From Bryobacterales bacterium (GTDB lineage: Bacteria; Acidobacteriota; Terriglobia; Bryobacterales; UBA6623): a stretch of DNA of 64,000 nucleotides. A program made the translations under genes and the position numbers. The DNA is taken from NCBI GenBank assembly GCA_965226215.1, contig CBDDCH010000002.1, positions 3,413,228-3,477,227 of the forward strand. Direction: 5' to 3'. Shown here piece by piece: positions 63,346 to 64,000 of this stretch (position 1 is its first letter; each line of letters opens with the position of its first letter). The notes beneath the pieces are model-generated. The model saw only the letters and a program-made list of their open reading frames with translations. It was not told the DNA's origin and ran no database searches.

Positions 63346-63539
63346 CTAGCCCGCATTTCTCACGACAAACCAGTAGGGGCGGGCCGCTGCGCCCGCCCAG
63401 AGAGGCTCTCGCGGGGTTGGGTTACGTGATCGAATGGGACGGAGTGTGGCTTACGAATGGGCGGACACGGCGGTCTGCCCCTACAAATAAAGTCCGTTCA
63501 ACGCCGGTCGTCCGAAGGCTGGTGAGAAACGCGGGCTAG
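63346..63539. mobile_element. MITE-like element family A, copy 3 (194 bp)
   Basis: TIRs ctagcccgcatttctcacga / ggtgagaaacgcgggctag; REPs at 63373-63398 (+) and 63459-63484 (-); the right CTAG overlaps the hicB stop. Confidence 0.8.
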
Positions 63540-63775
63540 ACGGTGACTTTGACTTCTTCGGTAAGCGGGGGTTGGGTAACAAAGGGGTCGTCGGGAATTT
63601 CCTCGCCGTCCTTGCGTAAGGCGCGGAGGTGGCAGAGGATAGCGTCTTGAGCCATCTCGCGGCCTTCCTCAACAGTGCGTCCGTAAGTAACGATCTCCGG
63701 CAGGGCAGGGACGAAAACTTGGTAGCCGCCTTGGGCCAAACGTTCAAACAGTACGGTGTAGCCGTACTCAGCCAC
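63536..63775 (-). CDS. hicB: Short HicB-family antitoxin
   Basis: GTG after AAGGAGGAG; YTVLFERLAQGGYQVFVPALPEIVTYGRTVEEGREMAQDAI..L...DGEEIP. Confidence 0.88.
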   Translation of the reverse strand: MAEYGYTVLFERLAQGGYQVFVPALPEIVTYGRTVEEGREMAQDAILCHLRALRKDGEEIPDDPFVTQPPLTEEVKVTV

Positions 63776-64000
63776 CTGCTCCTCCTTGTGGACTGATTTG
63801 CTCGTGTTGCTCATAGGTGTAGGGTAGCAGGCGGGGAATACGTCAAGCGGAGGGTGTCGCGATTTTAGGCGAAAGGCGACACCTCCCGTCTCGCAAAAAA
63901 AACCCGCCAAAGGCGCTGATTTGGCTTGTAGCGATGTCGTATTACTCGCTAGCCGTTTGTTCTTTCTTTCCGCGCTCCCGCTGCTCGCGCAGGACGGCTC

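Noticed and set aside
63921-64000. Possible start of a secreted protein (..LFFLSALPLLAQDG) and a weak minus-strand terminator at ~63893-63916
   Set aside because: Too short at the window edge to support; the terminator stem is only 4-5 bp.

Overview
GC-rich bacterial DNA, most likely from a Solibacter/Bryobacter-like acidobacterium. This is an inference from a TIGR03437-type C-terminal domain, CRTAC1/TPR pairs and repeated DUF1501/DUF1549-DUF1553 paralogues. The left part (0.6-27.6 kb) is intact chromosome: three DUF1501 + dihaem DUF1549/DUF1553 modules, an SDR/sugar-isomerase pair, an orphan antitoxin, gltBD and a PQQ-type beta-propeller. A tRNA-Gly/tRNA-Cys pair is followed by a ~16.5 kb decayed island (28143-44663) bounded by a 62-bp tRNA-Cys duplication and tandem CTGCCAGRA arm-like sites. 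The island holds an integrase stump, two IS256 copies, an unclassified DDE IS that splits a surface-protein gene, and several broken genes. To the right are a HupE/hydrolase/lipid-kinase operon, ligA, msrP, a third IS256, IS3/IS4/IS21/IS1380 relics, sulfatase-fold genes, a PAP2 gene and an inactivated hicBA. Most unexplained structure is non-coding: two families of ~190-bp inverted-repeat elements that each carry a pair of GTAG-REP hairpins (one family sits on TAG stop codons), several other REP families, a folded ~110-nt element in the 3' flank of the DDE IS, and a recurring ~45-bp motif shared with a multicopy-type STGPRT gene. No CRISPR array, rRNA or phage structural gene was seen. All family assignments come from motif recognition by eye, not database searches.
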